Shown here: one piece after another, positions 21,146 to 31,198 of the stretch
Layout: each line of letters opens with the position of its first letter
Position numbering within the stretch: the stretch's first letter is position 1
Assembly: GCA_040905465.1 (NCBI GenBank)
Contig: JBBDRK010000056.1
Location: 53,253-93,867, forward strand
Source: Trueperaceae bacterium
GTDB lineage: Bacteria; Deinococcota; Deinococci; Deinococcales; Trueperaceae
Direction of reading: 5' to 3'
DNA length: 40,615 nt
The notes under the pieces: model-generated
Databases searched by the model: none
What the model was told of the DNA's origin: nothing
The model's input: the letters and a program-made list of their open reading frames with translations, nothing else
Made by a program: the position numbers and the translations under genes

Positions 21146-23386
21146 TCAGTCGTGGCTCAGGCCGACGCGGTCGGCCAGCCGTGCCATCGGCCGTGGCAGC
21201 CACCAGTTCCAGCGGCCCGCCAGGAACATCATGGCGGGCACCAGCGCCAGACGCACCAGGGTGGCGTCGAGCAGCACCGCCAGCGCCAGCCCCAATCCAA
21301 GCGTCTTTATGAGCACGACTTCGGAGAAGATGAAACTGGAGAACACCACCAGCATTACCGCGGCCGCCGAGGTGATCACCCCGCCGGTCGCGCTGATAGC
21401 GGCCACCACGGCGTCGCGGTCCGAAAGCCCCTGGCGGTGCGCTTCGTAGATTCGGGCGACCAGGAACACCTCGTAATCCATCGACAACCCGAACACGATC
21501 GCGAAGATGAACAGCGGGGCGCTGGAGTCCACGTATCCCAGGCCACCCGGCACCCCGAACAGCCCCGCCAACCAGCCTTCCTGGAAGATCAGCGTGATCA
21601 CGCCGTAGGCGGTCGCCACCGTGAGAGTGTTGAGGAGAATCGACTTCAGGGGAATCAGCAGCGAGCGAAACGCCAGGCCCAACACCACGAGAATTCCCAG
21701 GTAGACCAGTGCCACCGCGTACGGGAACGACTTGTAGAGCAGCCTGGTCCACTCTGCTTCGAAGATGGTGGCTCCACCGACCAGCGCCTTCACTCCCACC
21801 TGATCGATCGCCTCGCTCACGCTGGCACGCAAAGCAGCAACCTGATGGGGAGCCAGATTGCCGAGCGGAAACACGCTGACCAGGGCGTAGCGGCCGCCCT
21901 CACTGACGGTAGTGGTCACCAGGTCTCTCAGTTCGCTGTTGAGGGCAACCTGCGGCGTGGCGTAGTACTGGTAGAGCATCAGCGTCGGCAGGTTTTCCAC
22001 CGCCATCGCCGAGTTGACGGCGCCCACCTCCGGGATCTCCTGCAGCAGGCGGCCAAGCCGGGACACACGCCGCTGACTCGACGGATTGTAGAAGCCGCCG
22101 TCACCGAAGTCGACCAGTATCTCGATCGGCTTCAGCAACCCCTCGAGCCCTACACCCTCCAGGGCCGCCACGACCTTGCGGGCGTCGGTAGCCGGGCTCA
22201 GTCCGCGCGCGCCGGGATCGGCAACCTGCATGCTCAGTGCCGGGATGCTCAGGACTACCAGCGCCCCTGCACCGGCCAGCGCCCAGGCCCACGGGTGGCG
22301 CAAGATTAGCAGCGCTCGCCGTCGCCAGAAGGAACGGCTGCGCAGGCCGGGTTCGCGGCGCGTGATCCTGACCGCGTTCACTCGGTGTCCCAGCAGTGCC
22401 AGCAGCGCCGGCAGCGCCGTGGTGCTCACCAGGATGCTGAGCCCCAGCACCACTATCGTGCCTACGCCCAACGAACGGATGAACGCCAGCGGCGGAACCA
22501 GCAGCGCCGACAGGGCGATCAGTACCGTGACTCCGCTGAAGGTGACGGCCTTGCCGGAAGTCCGGGCGGTAAGTTCGGCGGCCGCTTTCGGAGCGTGTCC
22601 GTTGCGCAGTTCTTCCCGGAAACGGTTCACCATCAGCAGGGCGTAATCTATGCCGGTCGCGAGGCCGAGCATCGTCACGATGCTCTGGGTGAAAACGGCG
22701 AACTGCATGAACTGGCCGAGGCCGTATAACGCCGCGAACGAGAGCGTTATCGACACCAGCGCCACCAGCAGCGGCAGGCCAGAAGCCACCAGCGCGCCGA
22801 AGGCGAACACCAGGACCACCAGCGACAGCGGCAGTCCGTAGAGCTCAGCGCGGCGAGTGTCCCGCTCGCTTATCTCCTCGAGCTCCCTCACCGAGGCCGG
22901 ACCACCGGCCAGGCTGAACGACAGGCTCGGCTCCTGTTCCACAGCGGTCCGTATGGCCTCGCTCGTTTCCTGCGCCTCGATCGCGGTATCGGCGCGAATG
23001 CCGACCAGAGACAGCAGGTAGCGTCCGTCGTCGCCCACCAGCTGCAGCCCACGTGAACGCCGATAGTCACGAACCCCGGTGACACCCGGGATGCCTTCCA
23101 CGGCAGCGACGGCTCGAAGGTAGGCCCGATCGAAGGCCGGTTCGCCCAAACGGGAATCGCTGCTTCGGCTAAGCAGGATCACGCTGTAGTCGTTGCTCTG
23201 CCGGAAGTCGTCGGCGAGGATTCGCCGCACCTGTTCGGGGACGCTCGACTCGGGTACGTTCGGTTGCGCGGTCAGGACTTCGCCGACTCGGGCCGCGAAT
23301 GGTACCGACGCCAGCACCACGACCACCCAGACTGCCAATACCAGACGGGGACGATGGCTGACGAGTTTGGCAAGTCGTGAAGGCAT
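21146..23386 (-). CDS. MMPL (RND superfamily) transporter
   Basis: MLGLATGIDYALLMVNRFREE, FGLSMDYEVFLVARIYE, DATLVRLALVPA...GRWNWWLP; alternative TTG start at 23404. Confidence 0.95.
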   Translation of the reverse strand: MPSRLAKLVSHRPRLVLAVWVVVVLASVPFAARVGEVLTAQPNVPESSVPEQVRRILADDFRQSNDYSVILLSRSSDSRLGEPAFDRAYLRAVAAVEGIPGVTGVRDYRRSRGLQLVGDDGRYLLSLVGIRADTAIEAQETSEAIRTAVEQEPSLSFSLAGGPASVRELEEISERDTRRAELYGLPLSLVVLVFAFGALVASGLPLLVALVSITLSFAALYGLGQFMQFAVFTQSIVTMLGLATGIDYALLMVNRFREELRNGHAPKAAAELTARTSGKAVTFSGVTVLIALSALLVPPLAFIRSLGVGTIVVLGLSILVSTTALPALLALLGHRVNAVRITRREPGLRSRSFWRRRALLILRHPWAWALAGAGALVVLSIPALSMQVADPGARGLSPATDARKVVAALEGVGLEGLLKPIEILVDFGDGGFYNPSSQRRVSRLGRLLQEIPEVGAVNSAMAVENLPTLMLYQYYATPQVALNSELRDLVTTTVSEGGRYALVSVFPLGNLAPHQVAALRASVSEAIDQVGVKALVGGATIFEAEWTRLLYKSFPYAVALVYLGILVVLGLAFRSLLIPLKSILLNTLTVATAYGVITLIFQEGWLAGLFGVPGGLGYVDSSAPLFIFAIVFGLSMDYEVFLVARIYEAHRQGLSDRDAVVAAISATGGVITSAAAVMLVVFSSFIFSEVVLIKTLGLGLALAVLLDATLVRLALVPAMMFLAGRWNWWLPRPMARLADRVGLSHD

Positions 23387-23431
23387 TTCCCGCCAGCTTA
23401 CCAACAGGCTCTGAGGGAGAGTGAGGGCGGG

Positions 23432-24172
23432 TTAGACGCCCACGAAGGTCTCGATCACCGACCGAGCGTGGGGATCGCGGGTGCCCACCGCTCCGGAGAG
23501 CCGGCCGTCTCGCAGGAACAAGATAGTATCGGCGTTCAGGGCGGCCTTCGGGTCGTGGGTGACCATCACTACCGTCCAGCCTCGGTCATCGACGCCGGCG
23601 CGCAGCAGGTTCAGAACCTCCTGGCCGGTCTCGCTGTCGAGGTTGCCGGTGGGTTCGTCGGCCAGGACGACGACCGGGTCGTTGATCAGGGCCCGGGCAA
23701 GTGAGACTCGCTGGCGCTGACCACCCGAGAGCTGCTTGGGCCGGTGGCCCAGCCGATCGGCGATGCCCAGGGCGTCTGCCAGTTCCCGCAACCGTGCCTC
23801 CCCGGCCGAGCGTCGGCCCGCCACTTCCGCCGGCAGCAGTATGTTCTCGCGCGCGTCGAGGTTCGGTATCAGCTCGAACGTCTGGAAGACGAAACCCAGC
23901 CGCTCGCGGCGCAGCCTGGTGAGTTCGTCGTCATCGAGCCCCTTGGTGGCTACGCCGCCGACGTAGACCTCGCCCTCGTCGGGCACGTCCAGAAGGCCGA
24001 GCAGATGCAGCAGCGTGCTCTTGCCGCTCCCGGACGGTCCCATCACGCTCACGAACGAGCCGGGCTCCACCGCCATGTCTATGCCGGAGAGCGCGGTTAT
24101 GGTCTGCTCGCCGAGTCGATAGGTCTTGCCGAGGCGTCGCGCCTCGATGGCGTAACGATTTTCTGATTCCAT
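23432..24172 (-). CDS. ABC transporter ATP-binding protein (LolD/MacB type)
   Basis: GPSGSGKST, LSGGQRQRV, LADEPTGNLD, VTHD. Confidence 0.96.
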   Translation of the reverse strand: MESENRYAIEARRLGKTYRLGEQTITALSGIDMAVEPGSFVSVMGPSGSGKSTLLHLLGLLDVPDEGEVYVGGVATKGLDDDELTRLRRERLGFVFQTFELIPNLDARENILLPAEVAGRRSAGEARLRELADALGIADRLGHRPKQLSGGQRQRVSLARALINDPVVVLADEPTGNLDSETGQEVLNLLRAGVDDRGWTVVMVTHDPKAALNADTILFLRDGRLSGAVGTRDPHARSVIETFVGV

Positions 24173-24175
24173 TTG

Positions 24176-26740
24176 TTACTCCGAAGCGCCCAGCGCCAGG
24201 ATCGGCGGCAGCCGGGATGCCCGGCGGGCAGGGAAGTACGAGGCCAGCAGCCCCACCAGGGGAGATGCCACGAGCGCTGCGACGATTATGAGCCACGGAT
24301 AGCGTGGAGTGATGGCGAAACCTGTTATGGCGGCGGCGCCGGCAGTGATCACGTGGGCCAGCAGCAGCCCTGAGGCGATTCCCAGTATCGTTCCCACCAG
24401 CAGAACCACCAGGCCCTCGGCGATCACCACCCTGCCGACTCCCGCGCGGGTCAGACCGAAGGTGCGCAGGACGGCGAGCTCGTGCTTTCGGTTCGAGAGG
24501 TTCATGCCGAGCGTGTTGGCGACTCCCAGAGCGGCGATGAAGATCGCCAGTGCCAGCAGCGCGTTGGTGGTAACGAACGAACGCCGGGTGAGCGCCATTA
24601 TCGCTTCGCGGTACTCCCGGTTGAGGGTGACGTCGAGGTAGAGCCCGGGAAACGCCTCCAGCAGGCGGTCGCGTGCCAGGGCGACGTCGGCGTCCGGATC
24701 GACCGTCATGACGTACAGGTCCGGGGTTCCGCCGCCGAACAGCTCCAAGTCTTCGATCGACGCTATCACCGCCTCGCCACCGCCGGTAAAGTCCACGATC
24801 ACGCCACCCACCTCGAATTCGCGAAAGCCCTCGTCGGTGCGCAACTCGACCCGGTCGCCCTGTCCGAGATCGAAGCGGTCGCGCAAGGTGTTGGCGATCA
24901 GCACCTCACCGCCGGCGGTCAGTGAGCGGTAGCCCTCCTCGTCGTTGCCGTGTCCGGGGATGTACTGAAAACGCCCGAACCCTGAGTCCGGCGCGAAACG
25001 GGCGGGGTCGACCAACACCAGGGCGATGCTGCGAGCCCGGGCATCGCCGGCCGGCTGAAAACGGACGATCCGGATGCCTACCCCCGATACCGCGTCGACG
25101 CCGGGCACGACCTCGGGGACCGCTGTCTCGAAGTCGGCGGGGAAGCTCACCGGTGAGGTGACGAAGAGGTCGCCCACGATGGTCGTATCTACCCAGTCCG
25201 CGATGGCCTGATTGATGCCGGCCACCATTGCGCCAACACCGATGGTGAGTCCCATCCCGACGACCACGGAACCGATTGCTACGCCGTTTCGCGCAGCGTT
25301 GCGGCGCGCGAACGACGCGCCCAGCCGGCCGGCAGGCCCCATCGTCCTCGTCAGCACCGGTCCGAGCAAAAGCACCGCCGGCGCGAGCAGCGTGGGCGTG
25401 GCAAGGGTGAATCCCAGGAAGAGCAGAGCCATCGCAATGCCTGCCGCGGCCAACGCCCAGGCCCCGCTCCAGGGCAGCAACGCCATGGTTACGCCGGCAG
25501 CGACAGCCAGCCAACCCGCCAGGCTCCGCAGCCAACTGCCGTCCGTGTCCTCCGCTTGGCGCAACGCCGCCAACGGCGGCGTTGATGACGCCGTCCGGGC
25601 CGGCAGGGACCCGGCCAGCAGCGCAACCAGCACGCCCACGCCGGCCGCCGGGAGCACGCTTTCGAGTGGCAGCACCAGTGTCCGGAACTCGATGCCGAGA
25701 CTGTAGGCGTTGATTCGGGTGATGGTGTAGGCCAGTACGATGCCCAGCAGGAGGCCGGCCACGACGCCGAGCACGCTCACTATCGCCGCCTCTAGGAGAG
25801 CCAGCCGCCGCACCTGCTGCTTGGTCAGGCACAGCGTTCGCAGGAGCGCGTACTCGCGACGCCTCTCCACCACGGCGGCCATGAAGGTGTTGTAGGCCAT
25901 GAAACCGCCGAGGGCCAGCAGCGTGGCTGCCAGGATGCTCAGCCCCGACTGGATGGTGTCGACTATGCCGGTTGCGATATTGCCGCTCGCGGCAGGGAAG
26001 GTAACGGTGTACTCGTCTCCCAGCCGGTCGCCCAACCGCGTTCGTGCCGCGCTCGCGTCGGCAGCGTCGTCCAGGTGCAACTCGAGGAAGCTGGCGCGTC
26101 CCTCGAGGTGAAGCACCGACTGCAGGTCCGCGAGCGCCATGACGGCCACCCTTCCACCGTTGGTCGAGGCGTAACCGTATGAGTCGTCGAGCAAGCCTGT
26201 CACGCGGAGCTCGAAGCTGCCCAGCTGCCCGGCGAAGCCCACTGTCTGCCCGACCTCGATTCCGCGCTGGGCGGCGAAGTTCTCGGCGATCGCCACTCCC
26301 TGGCTGCCCGCTTGGGGAAGCGATCCAGTGGCCGTCCTCACCGGCAGGTCGACACCCGCGCTGGTGATGCGGCCGGATATCTGGAAGCCGGTGTCGAGGC
26401 CCGGGATCACCGAACGGTCGATGTCCAGGCGATCTCGAATCGGCTCGGCTCGGGTGTTGAGGACCGGGTAAGTCCGCTCCACGACCGGGTCGCTTTCCAG
26501 CTCGTCGCTCACCTGTGCGTAGGCGAATACCGCCCGCCCCTCCACGCCGGGGGTCACCAGCAGGTCGGCGGTGCCGGCCGCGGCGGCCAGGGTGCTGGCA
26601 ACGTTGGCCTCGACGTTGTCACCCACCGACAAGGTCGCCAGAACGGCAGCGATTCCGATCGCCACCCCCAGAACGGTCGCCGCGGTACGCCAGGCGTGAC
26701 GAAGTAGATTGCGCAGCGCCAGCCGCACCAGCATCGGCAT
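24176..26740 (-). CDS. ABC transporter permease with duplicated MacB_PCD/FtsX domains
   Basis: LALRNLLRHAWRTAATVLGVAIG, NTFMAAVVERRREYALLR, NTLGMN...ELAVLRTFG, PARRASRLPP. Confidence 0.92.
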   Translation of the reverse strand: MPMLVRLALRNLLRHAWRTAATVLGVAIGIAAVLATLSVGDNVEANVASTLAAAAGTADLLVTPGVEGRAVFAYAQVSDELESDPVVERTYPVLNTRAEPIRDRLDIDRSVIPGLDTGFQISGRITSAGVDLPVRTATGSLPQAGSQGVAIAENFAAQRGIEVGQTVGFAGQLGSFELRVTGLLDDSYGYASTNGGRVAVMALADLQSVLHLEGRASFLELHLDDAADASAARTRLGDRLGDEYTVTFPAASGNIATGIVDTIQSGLSILAATLLALGGFMAYNTFMAAVVERRREYALLRTLCLTKQQVRRLALLEAAIVSVLGVVAGLLLGIVLAYTITRINAYSLGIEFRTLVLPLESVLPAAGVGVLVALLAGSLPARTASSTPPLAALRQAEDTDGSWLRSLAGWLAVAAGVTMALLPWSGAWALAAAGIAMALLFLGFTLATPTLLAPAVLLLGPVLTRTMGPAGRLGASFARRNAARNGVAIGSVVVGMGLTIGVGAMVAGINQAIADWVDTTIVGDLFVTSPVSFPADFETAVPEVVPGVDAVSGVGIRIVRFQPAGDARARSIALVLVDPARFAPDSGFGRFQYIPGHGNDEEGYRSLTAGGEVLIANTLRDRFDLGQGDRVELRTDEGFREFEVGGVIVDFTGGGEAVIASIEDLELFGGGTPDLYVMTVDPDADVALARDRLLEAFPGLYLDVTLNREYREAIMALTRRSFVTTNALLALAIFIAALGVANTLGMNLSNRKHELAVLRTFGLTRAGVGRVVIAEGLVVLLVGTILGIASGLLLAHVITAGAAAITGFAITPRYPWLIIVAALVASPLVGLLASYFPARRASRLPPILALGASE

Positions 26741-26747
26741 CGGTTCC

Positions 26748-26753
26748 AGTGTA
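26748..26753 (-). promoter_or_regulatory. -10 TACACT, leaderless internal promoter for the ABC-MMPL module
   Basis: 7 nt upstream of ATG 26740. Confidence 0.55.
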
Positions 26754-26771
26754 GCCGAGCGGCCCTCGGTG

Positions 26772-27776
26772 CTAGTCGTTTTCCCTCACGGCAGCCGGGT
26801 TGCGGCCCGTCGCCAGTGCCAGGCCCCCTATGAGAGGACCGACCAGGAAGTAGATGTAGTGCTGGTATAGCCGCCACAGGATTACGGCCGCGGCGAGCGA
26901 TCGCCCGCCTACATGACCCTTGAGGGCGTAGGTTATGGCCGCCTCCTGGTAGCCGCTTGCGCCGGGTGTGGGGACCACGAAGGCAAACGCGTGCAGGACC
27001 ACCTGTGCCGCGTATACCACCAGGTGTTCGGCGCTCACCAGCAACCCCACCAGGACCAGGTTCAGCACCGCGAAGTAGGGGAGGCGGGCGCCGCTCGAGA
27101 GCAGGTGGAAGCGCACGTGCCAGTGCCACGGCCGCCGGGAGTACCGCTCCCCGGCCAGTGCCAGGTCGCGCAGGAACGGGTCGATCCTGCCGTGGAAGCG
27201 TTGCAGGAGCGGAAGAGCGGAAAGTCGTCGAAGCAGGCTGATCGCCATCGGAAGGCGGAACACCAACAGATAGCTGACCACCAGCGCCAGTGCCGACAGC
27301 AAGGCGACCAGCAGACCGAACTGCTCCAGGGGCACGGTTATGCGGGCCAGGCGCAGCGCCAGGTAGCCCGTCGGCGCCGCCCAACCGAAGAAGGCCAGGT
27401 CGCCGACCAGGCACATCACGGCAACCGACACGGCGCGGTCGGTGGGGAGCCCGAAGCGGTTGAGGAGGAATACGATCCCGATCGAGTTGCCGCCGCCGGC
27501 CGGCGTCGCCACCGCGCTGAACGTCCCGAGCACGTGGGTCTGGATGCCTTGCCAGAGACTCGTCGGATGACTCGTACCGCGCGTGAGAAAGACGATCCGC
27601 CAACCGGACAGCAGCCACCACAGCAGCATCGGCACCGCGATGCCGGCCAGCGACAGGGCGTCGAGGCGACGAATCACGCCGAGTGCGTCGGCGGCCAGGC
27701 CGTCCGGTGCCACCAGGTAGATGCTGGTGACCCCCAGCACGAGTGATACTACGAACGCAACGAGCAGGCGGGTCAC
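26772..27776 (-). CDS. Lysylphosphatidylglycerol-synthase TM / UPF0104 flippase-like membrane protein
   Basis: GWRIVFL, TFSAVATPAGGG, VPTPGASGYQE, ILWRLYQHY; GTG overlaps the upstream TGA. Confidence 0.85.
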   Translation of the reverse strand: MTRLLVAFVVSLVLGVTSIYLVAPDGLAADALGVIRRLDALSLAGIAVPMLLWWLLSGWRIVFLTRGTSHPTSLWQGIQTHVLGTFSAVATPAGGGNSIGIVFLLNRFGLPTDRAVSVAVMCLVGDLAFFGWAAPTGYLALRLARITVPLEQFGLLVALLSALALVVSYLLVFRLPMAISLLRRLSALPLLQRFHGRIDPFLRDLALAGERYSRRPWHWHVRFHLLSSGARLPYFAVLNLVLVGLLVSAEHLVVYAAQVVLHAFAFVVPTPGASGYQEAAITYALKGHVGGRSLAAAVILWRLYQHYIYFLVGPLIGGLALATGRNPAAVREND

Positions 27777-28990
27777 TTGGCTCCGGTCAACGGTTCGAGG
27801 CCGGGGCCGCAGGCGTCTTCCGCCGGCTGCCCTGTTCGAGCGTAGTGACCGAGGTAGCGTCCCAGCCGGGCCGCCATTCCCGGGAAGTCCAGGCGGACGG
27901 CGGCGAGGCGCACTCGCTCCAGCCGATCGGGGTCGCTCCGGTAGTTGCACACCTCGCGCCGCAGTTCGGCCGGCGTCAGTACCAGCCGTCCCAGTCCGTG
28001 TCGCTCGAGCAGCCCGATCATCTTGTTCTCCGCGGTGCCGAATCGCATCGGAGCAAGCAGCGGCCGGCCCACCGCGAGGGTCTCGTACACGGTTGCCGGG
28101 CCGCTTTTTCCGATCACGACATCACAGGCCGCCACGTAATCGGCCAACTCCTCCACGAAGCCGAGTACACGCAGATTGGGGAGGCGCTCCTCGAATCCGG
28201 CCAGGCGCCGGCGTAACGCCTCGTTGCGGCCCGTCACGACCACAACCTGAGTCGTCGGGTCGTCGCTCAGTGCTTCCAGCACCGCCTCCGGTGTCCCCCC
28301 GACCCCCTCTCCTCCCAAGGTCACCAGGCAGGTAAAGGCCTCGTCCAGTGCCAGGCGCCGCCTTGCCTCGGTCTTGCCGGGTGCGCACAGGAACTGCTGC
28401 CGAACCGGATAGCCGACCACGTCGATACGTGATCCCGGAACGCCGAAGCGCATCAGTCTGCGCCTGGAGACCGGCGACGCCACCACGAACCGCTCGGCCA
28501 GCGGTTCCGCCCACAGCGCGTTGGCGTTCAGAGTCGAGGTTTCGAAGGTGAGGACCGGGGCTTCCAGGCCGAACTGCCGCTGCGCGAGTGTCATGGCCAC
28601 CGTAAGCCAGCCGTGGTTTACGACCACCAGCGCCGGGCGGGTCTCGTTGAGCTCCTGAGCCGCCCGCTCCGCGAAGTCGTGCAGCAGGCGCCGGTGGAAC
28701 GCCGCCGTCGCGGCAGGCAGGGCGTCGATCAGCCGCTGGCCCCAGACTATGGTCCAGGGGTGGCGCAACGCGCGCCGCCATCCCTCTTTATGACGCCGGT
28801 CGAGCTCATCGAAGCCGAAGTCGACCATCGGCTCCGTCACCCTAGTGTCGAAGGTTACCGGGTAGGCCTGCTCGAGCGCCTGACTCATCGCCTCGGCCGT
28901 GCTGACGTGCGACCCTCCGGCCGCTATCGTGGCAAAGAGTACCGAGCCCTGACGGGCAGTGGTCGGCAACGGCGAGAAGTCGATTTCCAT
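27773..28990 (-). CDS. GT28 MGDG-synthase/UgtP-like glycosyltransferase (paralog 2)
   Basis: ATIAAGGSHVSTA, GYPVR, VVTGRN, LGFVEELADYVAACDVVIGKSGPATVYE. Confidence 0.9.
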   Translation of the reverse strand: MEIDFSPLPTTARQGSVLFATIAAGGSHVSTAEAMSQALEQAYPVTFDTRVTEPMVDFGFDELDRRHKEGWRRALRHPWTIVWGQRLIDALPAATAAFHRRLLHDFAERAAQELNETRPALVVVNHGWLTVAMTLAQRQFGLEAPVLTFETSTLNANALWAEPLAERFVVASPVSRRRLMRFGVPGSRIDVVGYPVRQQFLCAPGKTEARRRLALDEAFTCLVTLGGEGVGGTPEAVLEALSDDPTTQVVVVTGRNEALRRRLAGFEERLPNLRVLGFVEELADYVAACDVVIGKSGPATVYETLAVGRPLLAPMRFGTAENKMIGLLERHGLGRLVLTPAELRREVCNYRSDPDRLERVRLAAVRLDFPGMAARLGRYLGHYARTGQPAEDACGPGLEPLTGAK

Positions 28991-29021
28991 GGGCGATTCG
29001 ACCGCCTCAGTCTAGCCTGAT

Positions 29022-30191
29022 TCAGTGCAGGCCCTCGGTGATGAAACTTCGTTCGGGTCTGCCGCCTCGCGCGTAACTGGCGATGTAGCGTGCCAGTCGC
29101 TCGCTCATGCCCGGAAGGTCGAGTCCAGCGGCGGCGGTGGCCACCTGCTCGAGTCGGTCCGGGTCGCGGCGGTACCGGTCGACCTCCTGCCTTATGGCCT
29201 CCGGCGAGCGCACCAGCGCCCCGAGACGCCGCCGGACCAGGAAGCGTACGACCTCCAGTTCGTTCAGCCCGGCATATCCGGTAGCGATGAACGGTCGGCC
29301 GACCGCCAGCGTCTCGAAGACCGATGCCGGCCCGGCCTTTCCGACCACCACATCGGCGGCGGCCAGGAAAGTAGCCACCCGATCGGTGAATGCCTCGAGG
29401 CGCAGACTCGCCCAACGCTCGGCCAACGGGGCGAGACTGCGCCGGAGAACGGGGTTTCGCCCGGTCAGCACGACCAGCTGAAGGCCATCCTCGAGGAGGC
29501 CCCTTACCCAGGGGCGGGGGTCTTCGCCGACAGCCTCCCCGCCGAGCGAGACCAGGCAGTGAAAACCCGCGCCCAGGCCAAGCTCACTCCGGGCCCACTC
29601 CTTGGTTGGAGCATGGAGGAAGTCGTCCCGCACCGGATAGCCGATGACATCGACCTTTTCAGGTCGTACGCCCAGCCGCACCAGATCCGATTTGGCGGCG
29701 GCCGATGGAACTACGAACTGCTCGGCCGCGGGTTCGGCCCATAGCGCGCTGGCGTCGAGCGGCTCGGTGGCGAACGAGAGGACCGGCGTTCTCAGCGCGT
29801 GCCGTTGCTGTGCCCTGGTAAGCCCGACGGTGAGCCAACCGTGGTTCGCCACTATCAGGTCGACCGGCCTGGCTCGCAGCTCGTCGGCGGCAGCACGGGA
29901 GAAACGGCGCAGCATGAGGCGGTGGTAGCGCCGTGTCAGGGTAGGAGCCGCGTCGAGAATCCTCTGCCCGGTGCGAACGAGCTGCGGGCGGGCCAGCGCC
30001 CAGCGCCACAGCTCCTTGTGCTGTCGGTCTTCGCGAAGCAGCCCGAGGTCGAACATGAAGTCCGATACTCGTGTCTCGAACTCGCCCGGCAGATGCCGGG
30101 CGAGAGCCTCCGCCATGGCAAGCGCGGTCGCGACGTGGCCTCCACCGGCTGCGATGGTGGCGAACAGGACTCGTCTCGGCGCCGGCGTCAC
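29022..30191 (-). CDS. GT28 MGDG-synthase/UgtP-like glycosyltransferase (paralog 1)
   Basis: ATIAAGGGHVATA, GYPVR, VLTGRN, AADVVVGKAGPASVFE. Confidence 0.9.
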   Translation of the reverse strand: MTPAPRRVLFATIAAGGGHVATALAMAEALARHLPGEFETRVSDFMFDLGLLREDRQHKELWRWALARPQLVRTGQRILDAAPTLTRRYHRLMLRRFSRAAADELRARPVDLIVANHGWLTVGLTRAQQRHALRTPVLSFATEPLDASALWAEPAAEQFVVPSAAAKSDLVRLGVRPEKVDVIGYPVRDDFLHAPTKEWARSELGLGAGFHCLVSLGGEAVGEDPRPWVRGLLEDGLQLVVLTGRNPVLRRSLAPLAERWASLRLEAFTDRVATFLAAADVVVGKAGPASVFETLAVGRPFIATGYAGLNELEVVRFLVRRRLGALVRSPEAIRQEVDRYRRDPDRLEQVATAAAGLDLPGMSERLARYIASYARGGRPERSFITEGLH

Positions 30192-31198
30192 GATACTCGG
30201 GCCTCCCCATCGGGCCGCAGGAGCGGGTCCTGGGACACGGTGACCGCCATTCCGGCACGCCAGGAGAGCTCGGGCCGGTAGCCGAGATGGCGTTCCGCTG
30301 CGATGAGCGAAAAGTGCACGTCGCGCAGCATGAGCGTCGCCCGGTAACGTGTGAGAGGCGGTTCAGCTTTCGGGGCGAATGTTCGCCATAACGCCTCCAC
30401 GCCGGTGGCCACGGGTAGCACCAGCTCCCCGGGTAGGCGTAATCGCGGGGGCCGGGCGCCGATCAGCCGGGCGAACTCGGCCAGCGCTTCACGCCAGGTA
30501 GGTGCTCCGTCGTCGGCGATCACAAACACCCTGCCACCTTGTTTCGGTGTGACGGCGGCCAGTTCCAGACCCAGCGTCAGATTGCCCACGTAGGCGGTAT
30601 TCAGCACCCGGCCACCGTCTCCCAGCAACGGCAGCCGCCCACCCTTCAAGGCGGCTGCAACACGGCGCGTCTGGGGATCTCGCGGCCCGAACGGCCAAAG
30701 CCCGGGCCTGACCACCACGCCCTCACCGGGCCAGGCAAGGACCAGGTCCTCGGCGGCGATCTTCGACCGAGCGTACGGCATCGTCCCGTTGTCGCGCGGT
30801 AGCCTCTCGGGATCGGCGTTGCGAAAACCGCGGAACCTGTGAACGGCAACGCTCGAGACCAGCACGAAACGGCGGGTGCCGGATGCCGTTGCCGCGTCGA
30901 GCAAGTTGCGGGTGCCGCCGGCATTGGTTTCCATGAGCGGTTGCGGAGGTCCCCAGTCTGCAAGCCGGGCTGCCGAGTGAATCACCGCGTCTACGTCGTC
31001 GCAGATGCCCCGCAGGCTTTCGGGATCGGTAATGTCGGCCCTGACTATCTCGGCGTTCGGGTGCGTCTGGACCGTCCGCAGGTTGCCGATCACCCCCCAC
31101 GGGCTCACCAGTGCGCGAACCGCGTGGCCGCCCGCAAGCAGCCGCTCGCAAAGGTGACTGCCGATGAATCCGTGAGCGCCGCTGACCAGGATCCTCAT
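30188..31198 (-). CDS. Extended SDR, NAD(P)-dependent epimerase/3-beta-HSD-like; candidate 3-keto-sphingoid/ceramide reductase
   Basis: SGAHGFIG, VSS, YARSK (YxxxK), FGPRD; role inferred from context. Confidence 0.85.
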   Translation of the reverse strand: MRILVSGAHGFIGSHLCERLLAGGHAVRALVSPWGVIGNLRTVQTHPNAEIVRADITDPESLRGICDDVDAVIHSAARLADWGPPQPLMETNAGGTRNLLDAATASGTRRFVLVSSVAVHRFRGFRNADPERLPRDNGTMPYARSKIAAEDLVLAWPGEGVVVRPGLWPFGPRDPQTRRVAAALKGGRLPLLGDGGRVLNTAYVGNLTLGLELAAVTPKQGGRVFVIADDGAPTWREALAEFARLIGARPPRLRLPGELVLPVATGVEALWRTFAPKAEPPLTRYRATLMLRDVHFSLIAAERHLGYRPELSWRAGMAVTVSQDPLLRPDGEARVS

